A stretch of 64,000 nucleotides of DNA from Anaerolineae bacterium (lineage in GTDB: Bacteria; Chloroflexota; Anaerolineae; Anaerolineales; Villigracilaceae): NCBI GenBank assembly GCA_022013685.1, contig JAKLPV010000218.1:5213-69212 (forward strand), written 5' to 3'. Every line of letters starts with the position of its first letter. The first letter of the stretch is position 1. Below are positions 35,784 through 44,871 of the stretch, piece by piece. The notes under the pieces are model-generated. The model made no database searches. It was not told the origin of the DNA and saw nothing but the letters and a program-made list of their open reading frames with translations. Both the position numbers and the translations under genes were made by a program.

Positions 35784-37219
35784 GCGCCCTGCCCAAACCA
35801 CCCCGCAAAACCCTCGGCCTGACCGGGATCACTCTCAACGCCATGGCTTTGGTGGCTCCCGGCGCATTTGCCTGGCTGCTCTACCAACCGCAACTGGCCG
35901 CCCAACAAAGCGGACTCGGGGGCATCTGGCCCGGTGTTTTACTGGCCCTGCTGACGGCTCTGGTCACAGCCTTTTCTTTTGGGCAACTGGCCCGGCGCTA
36001 CCCTGAAGCAGGACTGCGCAGCGCCTATCATTTCGCCGAACAGGTTTTTCGAGACAGCGCCCACCCGCTTGGCCCGGGCGTGGCCCGTTTCGCCAAATTC
36101 CTGACCGGCTGGGCCTCGCACCTGTATTACTGGGTCTACCCCGGAGTCATGGTCGCCTTTATGGGCACCCTGGCCGATTCCAGCCTGCGTCAGTTTGGGT
36201 ACGAACCAACCGCCTTTGGACAAATCCTGCTCGCGGGTTCATTCGCCGCCTTTGTCGGCTTCCTGGCCCTGCGCGGCATTACCGGCTCGACCGTCTCGAG
36301 CGTTGTGCTCAACACCCTGCAACTCATCACCCTGGGGCTTTTCAGCGTGCTCGCCATCGTTTTTCGCAGCGTTAATCCGCTAGAGTTGGCAAACATGCCA
36401 AGTCTGACCAATATTGTTCTACCCGCCAATCTTTCCGGGTTGGCTTTTCAGGCCGCCCTGGCAATGATGCTGATGGTCGGCTTTGAAGCCGTCACATCCC
36501 TAAGTGCTTCCGCGGCCAACCCTGGCCGCGACATTCCGCGCGCTTCGATCCTGGCGCTGCTCATCCAGGGAGCGTTCTCTTATCTGTTGGTCTATTTTGC
36601 CGCCGGGCTGGCCTTCAACGATCAGATCGACCCGGCTTCGCGCGCCCCGCTCGGCGAACTGGCCCGCCAAATCGGCGATGCCATGCTTTCAGGCAACGGT
36701 TTGGCCTTCATGTTCGTGATGGCCTTCGCCACCGCCATAGCCCTGCTGGCGGCCATGCTCAGCGCCACCAACAACGGCGTGCGGATCAGTTTTTCGATGG
36801 CGCTCGACTCCGAAATGCCCGACCTGCTCGGCATTCTGCACCCCAAATACGCCACGCCTTATTACACTGTCATTTTACTCAGCCTGGTTTCGGCCGTGCT
36901 CGGTTCTTTTGGAATATTGGGCGGCCTGCCCGCACTGATGGGATTGATCCTGGCTGCCACTTTGGGCGCTTTCCTGCTGTATGCAATTCTGGGCGCACTC
37001 ACCGTGGCCGCTTTCGCCGCCACACCGGCCTTTCACTGGCTCAAACATGGACTGCTGCCGCTGGCCACCATCGCATTAAATCTGGGGATTGCCATGCTGG
37101 CTCTGGTTTCCGGCCTCAGCGCGGGCGGCGTAACAGCCCAGGCCTGCAGCCTGGCGCTGGGTCTGGCCGCCCTCTGGTTGATTCTCAGCCTGATTTCGTA
37201 TTTTGCCCGCCGCAGGTGA
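35780..37219 (+). CDS. APC superfamily amino acid/polyamine permease
   Basis: About 12 TM helices, ~480 aa, N-terminal pattern L.....I.LN.MALVAPGAF. Confidence 0.8.
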   Translation: MSALPKPPRKTLGLTGITLNAMALVAPGAFAWLLYQPQLAAQQSGLGGIWPGVLLALLTALVTAFSFGQLARRYPEAGLRSAYHFAEQVFRDSAHPLGPGVARFAKFLTGWASHLYYWVYPGVMVAFMGTLADSSLRQFGYEPTAFGQILLAGSFAAFVGFLALRGITGSTVSSVVLNTLQLITLGLFSVLAIVFRSVNPLELANMPSLTNIVLPANLSGLAFQAALAMMLMVGFEAVTSLSASAANPGRDIPRASILALLIQGAFSYLLVYFAAGLAFNDQIDPASRAPLGELARQIGDAMLSGNGLAFMFVMAFATAIALLAAMLSATNNGVRISFSMALDSEMPDLLGILHPKYATPYYTVILLSLVSAVLGSFGILGGLPALMGLILAATLGAFLLYAILGALTVAAFAATPAFHWLKHGLLPLATIALNLGIAMLALVSGLSAGGVTAQACSLALGLAALWLILSLISYFARRR

Positions 37220-38054
37220 TACTTTGCTCAAACAATACACGCTGGCCGATTTCGATTGCGCCGGACTGAGCGTCACCGGCCCCGTCCGCGCAGATAACCA
37301 GGACGCGATTCTCGTCCCGGCGGCTTCGGCCTCACGTTTCCCCGGTTCGTTGTTGGCCCTGGCTGATGGCATGGGCGGCTATTCGCACGGAGACATTGCC
37401 AGCAACCTGGCCTTGCGTCAGGTTGCGCAGATTTTACGGGCCTGCCCGCCAGGCGGCAATTACGCCAAATACCTGCAACAAGCCACTGAAAGCGCCAATC
37501 TCGAAATCTACAAGGCCGCCCAACAGCTTGGCGGCGAGCGCATGGGGACCACCCTGCTGGCTGCTTATTTATCCGGGAGTTTTCTGCACCTGGCGCACAT
37601 TGGCGACAGCCGCGCCTATCTCATTCGCAACGGCCACAGCACCTGCCTGACCAGCGACCACACCACCGTCGGTGAGTTGGTGCGGGCGCGCATGTTACCG
37701 CCCGAGTACGTCCGTAGCCACGAACAGCGCTCCATTCTGACCCGCGCCCTCGGTCTGGCGCTCTTCGTCCAGCCCGACCTTTCGCAGACCAAACTCCAGC
37801 CCAAAGATTGGATCGTGCTGGTCAGTGACGGGGTCTGGGGCGCGGTTGAAGATTCACAAATCGGCGAAACCGCCCAAAAAGCCAGCAATGCCCAATCGCT
37901 GTGCGAAGCCCTGCTCGACCTGGCCATCGCTCAAGGCAGCGACGATAACTGTTCCGCGGTCGCCCTGCGCGTTCGCGGCTTTCGCTTCCAATCCTATGAA
38001 GAACCGGCCCAGAAAGAGCGCAGTTGGCTTGGCTTTTTAGGCCGTTCATCATAG
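37203..38054 (+). CDS. PP2C-family Ser/Thr protein phosphatase
   Basis: NQDA, LALADGMGGYSHGDIAS and VLVSDGVWG...GSDDN motifs. The start codon is uncertain (TTG 37203 or 37224). Confidence 0.85.
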   Translation: MPAAGDTLLKQYTLADFDCAGLSVTGPVRADNQDAILVPAASASRFPGSLLALADGMGGYSHGDIASNLALRQVAQILRACPPGGNYAKYLQQATESANLEIYKAAQQLGGERMGTTLLAAYLSGSFLHLAHIGDSRAYLIRNGHSTCLTSDHTTVGELVRARMLPPEYVRSHEQRSILTRALGLALFVQPDLSQTKLQPKDWIVLVSDGVWGAVEDSQIGETAQKASNAQSLCEALLDLAIAQGSDDNCSAVALRVRGFRFQSYEEPAQKERSWLGFLGRSS

Positions 38055-38066
38055 AATGTATACATC

Positions 38067-39068
38067 ATGACTTTCATTGATCCTTCATTTAATAAAATCC
38101 TGCATATTGGCGACCAGTTCGACCAGTATCAGATCCAAAGTTATCTGGCTCAAGGCGGCATGAGTGATATTTACCGCGCCTTTGACATGCTCACCCGCCG
38201 CGAAGTCGTTATCAAGATCCCCAACCAGTCCATGCTGGGTGACCCGGCCCAGGCCGAGCGCTTTCAGCGCGAGTTGGAAGTCATCACCAGCCTCGACCAC
38301 CCCGCCGTCTTGAAAGGGATTGGTTCGGGCATTTACAATCGCATCCCCTACCTGGTAACAGAATTTATCGATGGCAAATCCCTGCGCCAGGTCATGGAGC
38401 TTTCGGGCGCATTTTTGCCCGAAAAAGCCATCCCCATCCTCTTGAAAGTTGCCGAGGGCATGGCCTACTGTCACGCGCAGGGCATTGTTCACCGCGACCT
38501 GAAACCCGAGAATATCCTGATCCGGCTCGAAGATGGCCAACCGATCATCATGGATTTTGGCCTGGCCCTCACCCGCCGCTCGCACCGCGTGACCTTCTCG
38601 AACCTGACCGTCACCCTGGGCACTCCCGACTACATGGCCCCGGAACAGATCGAAGGTCAGCGCGGCGATATCCGCACCGACATTTATGCCCTCGGGACGA
38701 TCCTGTATGAAATGCTGGCCGGCAGGCCGCCCTTTGGCGGGGACACCCCGCTGGCCGTTATGGCCCAACACCTGAACAACACGCCGCCGCGTCTCGATCA
38801 GGTTGCACCCAAGGTCTCCCCCGCGCTGGCAGCAGTGGTCGCCCGCTGTCTGCAACGCCAACCCGAGGCGCGCTATGCCGATATGCCAGCACTCATGGAA
38901 GCCCTGCAAAACCCAGCCAGCGCCGACTTGGCCCTGCTCGAACCACAAAAGCAAAAAAACAGGCCGGGGATCCAACAGTCTCAAATGCTATGGGGCATCC
39001 TGCTCGGCATGGGACTGATGGTCGGGCTGATCGCGCTGGCGCTCCTGTTACAAACCTTGCTTCCTTAA
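38067..39068 (+). CDS. Hanks-type Ser/Thr protein kinase with a C-terminal TM anchor
   Basis: VVIKIP (the VAIK lysine), HRDLKPENIL, DFGLA, and GTPDYMAPE. Confidence 0.9.
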   Translation: MTFIDPSFNKILHIGDQFDQYQIQSYLAQGGMSDIYRAFDMLTRREVVIKIPNQSMLGDPAQAERFQRELEVITSLDHPAVLKGIGSGIYNRIPYLVTEFIDGKSLRQVMELSGAFLPEKAIPILLKVAEGMAYCHAQGIVHRDLKPENILIRLEDGQPIIMDFGLALTRRSHRVTFSNLTVTLGTPDYMAPEQIEGQRGDIRTDIYALGTILYEMLAGRPPFGGDTPLAVMAQHLNNTPPRLDQVAPKVSPALAAVVARCLQRQPEARYADMPALMEALQNPASADLALLEPQKQKNRPGIQQSQMLWGILLGMGLMVGLIALALLLQTLLP

Positions 39069-39074
39069 AAATAC

Positions 39075-39106
39075 GATCCCATCTCAAAACGAGATGGGAT
39101 TTTTTC
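39075..39106 (+). terminator. Intrinsic terminator
   Basis: GATCCCATCTC/GAGATGGGAT(C) stem followed by TTTTT. Confidence 0.8.
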
Positions 39107-39173
39107 ATTCTGAGCAAGAATCGGGTGGAAAATCAAGATAAAATGACCTACAATGTCAGCATTAGAGGTCACT

Positions 39174-40031
39174 ATGAAAACAAATCTCACTCAATTTACA
39201 GAAACAAGCCAGGACTACGCTCTGATCGAGCGCGCCATCCGCTACATCGAAGACAACATCAGCCAACAGCCCGAGCTGCCCGAAATCGCCGCTGCGCTCG
39301 GGCTGAGCGAGTACCACTTCCAGCGTCTGTTCACGCGCTGGGTTGGTATCAGCCCCAAGCGTTTTCTGCAATACATCAGTAAAGAAAACGCCAAGCAAAT
39401 GCTTAAAAATTCGGGAGATATTTTGGGCGCAGCCTACGGGACGGGTCTTTCCGGCCCCGGCAGGTTGCACGACCTTTTGGTGCATACCGAGGCCGCCACC
39501 CCCGGAGACTTGAAGCGGCGCGGCGAGGGACTGCTCATACGCTACGGCTTTCACCCCTCCCCTTTTGGCGAGTGCCTGCTGGCCCTGACCCCGCGCGGGA
39601 TCTGCTACCTCGGCTTTGTCCAAACCGACAGGCCATCCGCGCTGGAAATTCTACGCTCCGATTGGCCGCATGCCAGGCTGGAAGAATCTCCCGGCGAGAC
39701 TGCCGGCTACATCCCCTCGCTGTTCAACCAAATCGACTCGCCCGAAAAGCCCCTTGCCCTGCACCTGGCCGGGACCAACTTCCAGATCAAAGTCTGGGAA
39801 GCCCTGCTGCGGATTGCTCCGGGCCAGGTCAGCACCTATCAGCGCATTTCGTCAGAACTTGGCTACCCGCAGTCTGCGCGGGCAGTTGGAAATGCCATCG
39901 CCCACAACAAAATCGCCTGGCTGATTCCCTGTCACCGGGTCATCCGCAAAGAAGGCGAATTTGGCAATTATCGTTACGGCTTGCCGCGCAAAAAAGCCAT
40001 GCTGGCCTGGGAGTCAGGGTTTGTAAAATAA
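39174..40031 (+). CDS. AraC-type HTH fused to methylated-DNA--protein-cysteine methyltransferase (Ada/AdaA-Ogt-like)
   Basis: N-terminal AraC helix-turn-helix (LSEYHFQRLFTRWVGISPKRF). C-terminal MGMT active site IPCHRVI. Confidence 0.88.
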   Translation: MKTNLTQFTETSQDYALIERAIRYIEDNISQQPELPEIAAALGLSEYHFQRLFTRWVGISPKRFLQYISKENAKQMLKNSGDILGAAYGTGLSGPGRLHDLLVHTEAATPGDLKRRGEGLLIRYGFHPSPFGECLLALTPRGICYLGFVQTDRPSALEILRSDWPHARLEESPGETAGYIPSLFNQIDSPEKPLALHLAGTNFQIKVWEALLRIAPGQVSTYQRISSELGYPQSARAVGNAIAHNKIAWLIPCHRVIRKEGEFGNYRYGLPRKKAMLAWESGFVK

Positions 40032-40041
40032 TAAGACAATG

Positions 40042-40108
40042 GGACACGGATTTAACGGAGTTTCACGGAAAGTTTAAAAATTCCGTAAACTCCGTTCACT
40101 CCGTGTCC
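40042..40108. repeat. Long imperfect hairpin (REP-like) after the ada-like gene
   Basis: GGACACGGATTTAACGGAGTTTCACGGAA ... TTCCGTAAACTCCGTTCACTCCGTGTCC; ~29-nt arms and a 10-nt loop. Confidence 0.6.
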
Positions 40109-40153
40109 AAAAGCTTTTTAGCAGCAGCAATCCATTCCTGAACACGGAGAATC

Positions 40154-41050
40154 ATGAAAACAAAAGTCTGGCTGGCAATGCTGGCCATCTATGTCATCTG
40201 GGGTTCGACTTATCTTGGGATTCGTTTTGCCATTGAAAGCATCCCGCCCTTCCTGCACGCCGGGATGCGCTTCTTGATCGCCGCCGTTCTGATCCTGGGC
40301 TGGCGCTTCCTGGCCGGCGATGAACGCCCCACCCTGACCCAGTGGCGCGATGCCAGCATCGTCGGGCTGTTCCTGCTCCTGGGCGGCAACGGTCTGGTTT
40401 CGTGGGCCGAGCAAACCGTCGACTCAGGCATCGCCGCCCTGATCGTCGGCACCGTTCCGCTCTGGCTGACTCTGTTTGAAGCCCTGCGGCCAGGCGGAGT
40501 CAAACCCGGCTGGCAGGCGGTCGTTGGGCTGCTGATCGGCTTCGGCGGCATCTTCATCCTGATCAACCCCGAAACCCTGGCAAGCGCCGCCTTTCGCGTC
40601 GATCTGCTGGGCGCGGGCGCGCTGGTGCTGGCCACCATTTTATGGGCAATGGGCTCGATCTACGCCAAAACAGCCCAGGTACCCAAATCAGTTTTCATGT
40701 TTACCGGCATGCAAATGGCCTCGGCCAGCGTTGGCCTGCTGCTAGTCAGCGCCCTGAACGGTGAAATGGCCAGCTTTGATATCCGCGCAGTAACGCTCAC
40801 GTCATGGATGGGGCTGATCTACCTGATCCTGTTCGCGTCGCTGGTTGCCTTCGTGGCCTATGGCTGGCTGTTACGGAACGCCCCCATTTCGCTGGTTTCC
40901 ACCTACGGCTACGTCAACCCGCTGGTGGCCATCTTTCTGGGTGCCTGGCTGGCCAACGAAGTTCTGACCTGGCGCGTCTTCGTCGCCGCAGCCGTTATCA
41001 TCAGCGCCGTAGTGATGATTAATCGGGCAAAATCACCTCCAAAAATATAA
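40154..41050 (+). CDS. EamA/DMT family transporter
   Basis: 10 TM helices; WGSTYL motif; 298 aa. Confidence 0.85.
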   Translation: MKTKVWLAMLAIYVIWGSTYLGIRFAIESIPPFLHAGMRFLIAAVLILGWRFLAGDERPTLTQWRDASIVGLFLLLGGNGLVSWAEQTVDSGIAALIVGTVPLWLTLFEALRPGGVKPGWQAVVGLLIGFGGIFILINPETLASAAFRVDLLGAGALVLATILWAMGSIYAKTAQVPKSVFMFTGMQMASASVGLLLVSALNGEMASFDIRAVTLTSWMGLIYLILFASLVAFVAYGWLLRNAPISLVSTYGYVNPLVAIFLGAWLANEVLTWRVFVAAAVIISAVVMINRAKSPPKI

Positions 41051-41079
41051 CCAAACAGGCACAAAAAACAGAAATACAT

Positions 41080-41136
41080 CACGAAGGCACAAAGTCACAA
41101 AGTTTTTCGCAAAACTTGAGATTTTGTGCCTTCGTG
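41080..41136. repeat. 14-bp-stem hairpin at a convergent junction (REP-like or bidirectional terminator)
   Basis: CACGAAGGCACAAA/TTTGTGCCTTCGTG with a 29-nt loop. Confidence 0.6.
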
Positions 41137-41156
41137 GTAAATGATGTTTGTCTTGC

Positions 41157-42752
41157 TTACAACAACCGGTCGCCGCCATTGACCGAATCCGTCCGATAGT
41201 GACAACCGCGGCTCTGACGGTTATGGCGCGCCGCCTGGGCGATCAGCAGGCCCGCCTCGACCGCATTGCGCAGACCAATCAGACTGTCGCTCAACTTCGT
41301 CTTGCGATAAAACATTTCGATCTCGTTTTGCAGGTGGCGCAGTTCACGGATGGCGCGTGAAAGCCGGTCGCCGGAGCGAATCAGGCCGACATAATGCCAC
41401 ATGATATTTTGGATGGTTTGCATGTCACCCTGGATCAGGGCCGGGTCTGACTCATGGGTCAGGTTCGATTCGTCCCAAAGCGGGATGGAATCCGGTTCAG
41501 GATAAGACAAACCGGCGATCTGCCCCGGGATGTGCTCGGCAGCACGCTCGCCGAAAACCAGGCCTTCCAGCAGGGATGTGCTGGCCAGGCGGTTCGCGCC
41601 ATGCAGGCCGGTGCAGGCCACTTCACCGACAGCGTACAAGTTTTTGATCGTCGTCTCGCCCCAGGTGTTAACGGCCACCCCGCCGCAGGAATAATGGGCA
41701 GCCGGGACAACGGGAATCGGCTCGCGGGTAATATCGAGGCCGACACGCAGACACTCGGCATAAATATTGGGAAAGCGTGTCCGCAATTGCTCAGCGGGCA
41801 TGTGACTGCCAATATCCAGCAAGACGTAAGGGTAGCCGTTGGTCTCCATCTCATGATGGATGGCGCGCGCCACCACATCACGCGGGGCCAGGTCACGCCA
41901 CTGCGGGTCATACTTTTGCATAAACGGCTGGCCTTCCGGGGTCAGCAGCGTCCCGCCCTCGCCGCGTACCGCTTCACTGATCAGGAAACCCTGCGCACCC
42001 GGCACTTCCAGCGCGGTCGGATGAAACTGGATGTATTCAGCGTTGATAATACGCGCGCCAGCCCGGTGCGCCATGACCAACCCGTCACCGCGCGCGCCCA
42101 GCGGATTGGTGGTGTTGCGGTAAATGCGTCCCAGTCCACCCGTTGCCAGCACCGTTGCCCGCGCCAGGGTGCGATGGATCGCCCTGCCGTTGCGGTCGAA
42201 GACATACGCACCATAACAGGTGACGGGGTTATAGGTATCGAGCGGGTTGCGTGAGTGATGCGGGTACGTGATCAGGTCGACCGCGGTCGCATTGGTCAGC
42301 AGTTCGATGTTGGGCTGGCGGCGGACCGCTTCGGTCAGAGCTTCGACAATGCTGCGACCAGTGCCGTCGCCAACATGCAGGATGCGGCGGCGGGAATGGG
42401 CCGCTTCCTGCGTATAGTCCAGTTCACCGCCCGGATCGCGGTCGAACCCGACAACGGCCTCCGTTAAAAGGAGATTTTCCAGGCGGCGAGGCCCCTCCTC
42501 AGCCACGATTCGCGCCGCTTCGGGCAGGGATGCCCCCGCGCCGGCCTCGAGGATATCGTGGACGAGCAAGTCTGCGTTGTCGTCTGGCCCGCGATGGATG
42601 ATCCCACCCTGCGCCCAGCGCGAATTGGATTCGCGCGGGTCAGATTCGCGAGTGATCATGATGATATGGCGCTGCGGATCTTTCGCCAGCTTGAGCGCTA
42701 CGGCCGCTCCGGCAATGCCAGAGCCAATGATGAGTACGTCGGTAGTTTTCAT
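41157..42752 (-). CDS. nadB: L-aspartate oxidase
   Basis: DVLIIGSGIAGA FAD-binding site, RWAQGGI, HYSCGGV; 531 aa; last gene of the nad operon. Confidence 0.95.
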   Translation of the reverse strand: MKTTDVLIIGSGIAGAAVALKLAKDPQRHIIMITRESDPRESNSRWAQGGIIHRGPDDNADLLVHDILEAGAGASLPEAARIVAEEGPRRLENLLLTEAVVGFDRDPGGELDYTQEAAHSRRRILHVGDGTGRSIVEALTEAVRRQPNIELLTNATAVDLITYPHHSRNPLDTYNPVTCYGAYVFDRNGRAIHRTLARATVLATGGLGRIYRNTTNPLGARGDGLVMAHRAGARIINAEYIQFHPTALEVPGAQGFLISEAVRGEGGTLLTPEGQPFMQKYDPQWRDLAPRDVVARAIHHEMETNGYPYVLLDIGSHMPAEQLRTRFPNIYAECLRVGLDITREPIPVVPAAHYSCGGVAVNTWGETTIKNLYAVGEVACTGLHGANRLASTSLLEGLVFGERAAEHIPGQIAGLSYPEPDSIPLWDESNLTHESDPALIQGDMQTIQNIMWHYVGLIRSGDRLSRAIRELRHLQNEIEMFYRKTKLSDSLIGLRNAVEAGLLIAQAARHNRQSRGCHYRTDSVNGGDRLL

Positions 42753-42757
42753 GGGGG

Positions 42758-42880
42758 TTAGAGATTGGAGAATAGAGATTAGAGAGTAGAGATTGGAGAG
42801 TAGAAAATCGGGAGTAAAAGGGTTTGACTACTTTCTACTTTCTACTCTCTACTCTCTCTTCTCTGCTCCCTGCTCCCTAC
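42758..42880. repeat. Low-complexity palindromic element in the nadA-nadB intergenic region
   Basis: A purine-word half (TAGAGATTGGAGAATAGAGATTAGAGAGTAGAGATTGGAGAGTAGAAA) faces a pyrimidine-word half (TTTCTACTTTCTACTCTCTACTCTCTCTTCTC). At least a 12-bp stem forms between 42795-42806 and 42839-42850. Confidence 0.7.
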
Positions 42881-43915
42881 TCATCCAATTTTTATCATCC
42901 GATCCACCGCCTGAAAGGCGCGGACGCGAATCTCTTCTGGCACATCGATCACGGTGCGGTTATGGAGCAGCGAATCGCGCACATTTTCCATCGTGATCAT
43001 GTTCATGTGCGGGCAGCGCACCATGCACAGGCGCAGCAGGTCTTTTTCAGGGTTGGCAGCGGCAATATTATCGCCCATCGAGCACTCGGTCAGCACCAGA
43101 TAATGCGGAGCCTGGCTATCCTGGACGAACTTGATCATGGCGTTGGTCGAGCCGGAATAATCGGACTCAGCCACTACTTCGGGCGGACATTCAGGGTGAG
43201 TCAGCACGATTACATCCGGGAACTGTTCACGCACCGAGCGAATGTCCTCGACCGTGAACTTATCGTGAACTTCGCATTTGCCATGCCAACCGATCATTTG
43301 CACATCCAACAGCGGATCTAGCGCTCCGCCAATCGATGGGAAAATGATGTGTTTGCCTGTTTCCCTGGCGACGTTCGAGGCCAGGTACTGGTCTGGCAGG
43401 AAAATCACGGTATCCGTTTTCAGCGATTCCACCACAGCGATGGCATTGCCGGATGTACAGCAGATGTCGCTCTCGGCTTTGACATCTGCATAAGTATTGA
43501 CATACGTCACAACCGGCACGCCAGGATATTTACGCTTGAGAGCGCGCACGTCTTCGGCAGTGATCGACTCGGCCAGTGAACAACCCGCTTTTTCGGCAGG
43601 CATCAGCACGGTCTTGGACGGGTTCAGGATTTTGGCTGTTTCAGCCATAAATTTGACGCCGCAAAAAACGATCACATCCTTATCGGTGCTGGCGGCCTTG
43701 CGGCTCAGGTCAAGCGAATCGCCCTTGAAATCAGGGATCGAGTGGAAAAGCACCGGCTCCATGTAGTTATGGCCGAGGATAACAGCGTTGCGTTCTTTTT
43801 TTAGCTGGTTGATCTCGACCGCAATCTCAGATTTGTAATACAACTCAAAATCTGGCACGAGCTTGCCCAGGCTGACTTTCATTTCTTCATACAAAACTTG
43901 CGCTTCGGGGTTCAT
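42881..43915 (-). CDS. nadA: quinolinate synthase
   Basis: ILGHNYM, FCGVKFMAETAKIL and MVRCPHM patterns; 344 aa; AAGGAG ribosome-binding site. Confidence 0.95.
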   Translation of the reverse strand: MNPEAQVLYEEMKVSLGKLVPDFELYYKSEIAVEINQLKKERNAVILGHNYMEPVLFHSIPDFKGDSLDLSRKAASTDKDVIVFCGVKFMAETAKILNPSKTVLMPAEKAGCSLAESITAEDVRALKRKYPGVPVVTYVNTYADVKAESDICCTSGNAIAVVESLKTDTVIFLPDQYLASNVARETGKHIIFPSIGGALDPLLDVQMIGWHGKCEVHDKFTVEDIRSVREQFPDVIVLTHPECPPEVVAESDYSGSTNAMIKFVQDSQAPHYLVLTECSMGDNIAAANPEKDLLRLCMVRCPHMNMITMENVRDSLLHNRTVIDVPEEIRVRAFQAVDRMIKIG

Positions 43916-43933
43916 TTTTAGCTCCTTTTTTTA

Positions 43934-43990
43934 GACGAAAGACCGATGACGAAGGACAAACCTTTGGTCTTTGGTCCTCCGTCTTTCGTC
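43934..43990. repeat. Imperfect hairpin built from GACGAAAG/CTTTCGTC words in the nadC-nadA intergenic region
   Basis: GACGAAAGAC (43934-43943) pairs with GTCTTTCGTC (43981-43990), with additional inner pairing. Confidence 0.6.
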
Positions 43991-44006
43991 TTTTGTCTTT
44001 TGTCTA

Positions 44007-44843
44007 TTACCGAATAAAATCCAACGAGACATCAAAAACCTTTGCCGAATGGGTCAGCGCCCCAATGGAAATATAGTCGACTCCGGTTTCGGCAATCGCG
44101 CGCACGGTTTCAAGGGCCACGTTGCCACTGGCCTCCAATTTGGCGCGCCCGGCTGTCATCTGAACGGCCTCGCTCATCATGGCAGGGGTCATGTTATCGA
44201 GCAGGATGCGCTCCACCCCCAGGGACAGAGACTCGCGGACATGCTGCAGCGTGCGGGCTTCAACTTCGATTTGCAATCCGCTCCCAGCGGCGCGGGCGCG
44301 ATTGACCGCTTCGGTGATCGACCCGGCAAAGTCAATGTGGTTGTCTTTGATCAAAATCATGTCATACAGGCCGATGCGGTGGTTTTGTCCGCCACCGCGT
44401 AAAACCGCCAGTTTATCGAGCATCCGCAGTCCGGGAGCGGTTTTACGGGTATCGAGGATGGATGCCTTCGTCCCGGCGACAGCATCTACAAACTGCCTAG
44501 TCAGGGTGGCGATTCCGCTCATCCGCCCCAAAAAGTTGAGCGCAGCCCGTTCAGCGGTCAACAGGCTTCGGGCGGGACCGCTCAGCGCGGCAACGATTTG
44601 ACGGTTTTCGACCTGATCACCCTCCCCCGCCAGGGCGCGGAAATCGATTTCCGCATCCACCGCGCGGCAAACCGCTTCGGCCACATCCAGCCCGGCGATG
44701 ATACCGGCTTGCTTGGCAATGATCTGGCCGCTCATCTGCGCTTGGAGTGGGATGATGCTATTGCTGGTGGCGTCGCCCTGGCCAATGTCCTCCTGCAGGG
44801 CGCGCCGAATGGCTTCTAGAATATCAGGATGAAGGTTACTCAA
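44007..44843 (-). CDS. nadC: nicotinate-nucleotide diphosphorylase (carboxylating)
   Basis: DTRKT.PGLR and ILIKDNH motifs; 278 aa; TTG start with an AAGGA ribosome-binding site. Confidence 0.93.
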   Translation of the reverse strand: MSNLHPDILEAIRRALQEDIGQGDATSNSIIPLQAQMSGQIIAKQAGIIAGLDVAEAVCRAVDAEIDFRALAGEGDQVENRQIVAALSGPARSLLTAERAALNFLGRMSGIATLTRQFVDAVAGTKASILDTRKTAPGLRMLDKLAVLRGGGQNHRIGLYDMILIKDNHIDFAGSITEAVNRARAAGSGLQIEVEARTLQHVRESLSLGVERILLDNMTPAMMSEAVQMTAGRAKLEASGNVALETVRAIAETGVDYISIGALTHSAKVFDVSLDFIR

Positions 44844-44856
44844 AGATTATCCTTTC

Positions 44857-44871
44857 GTGTAAAATTTACAC
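44857..44871. promoter_or_regulatory. Perfect 15-nt palindrome GTGTAAAATTTACAC just upstream of nadC (candidate NAD-regulon operator)
   Basis: Read directly from the sequence; lies 14-28 nt upstream of the nadC start. Confidence 0.4.
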
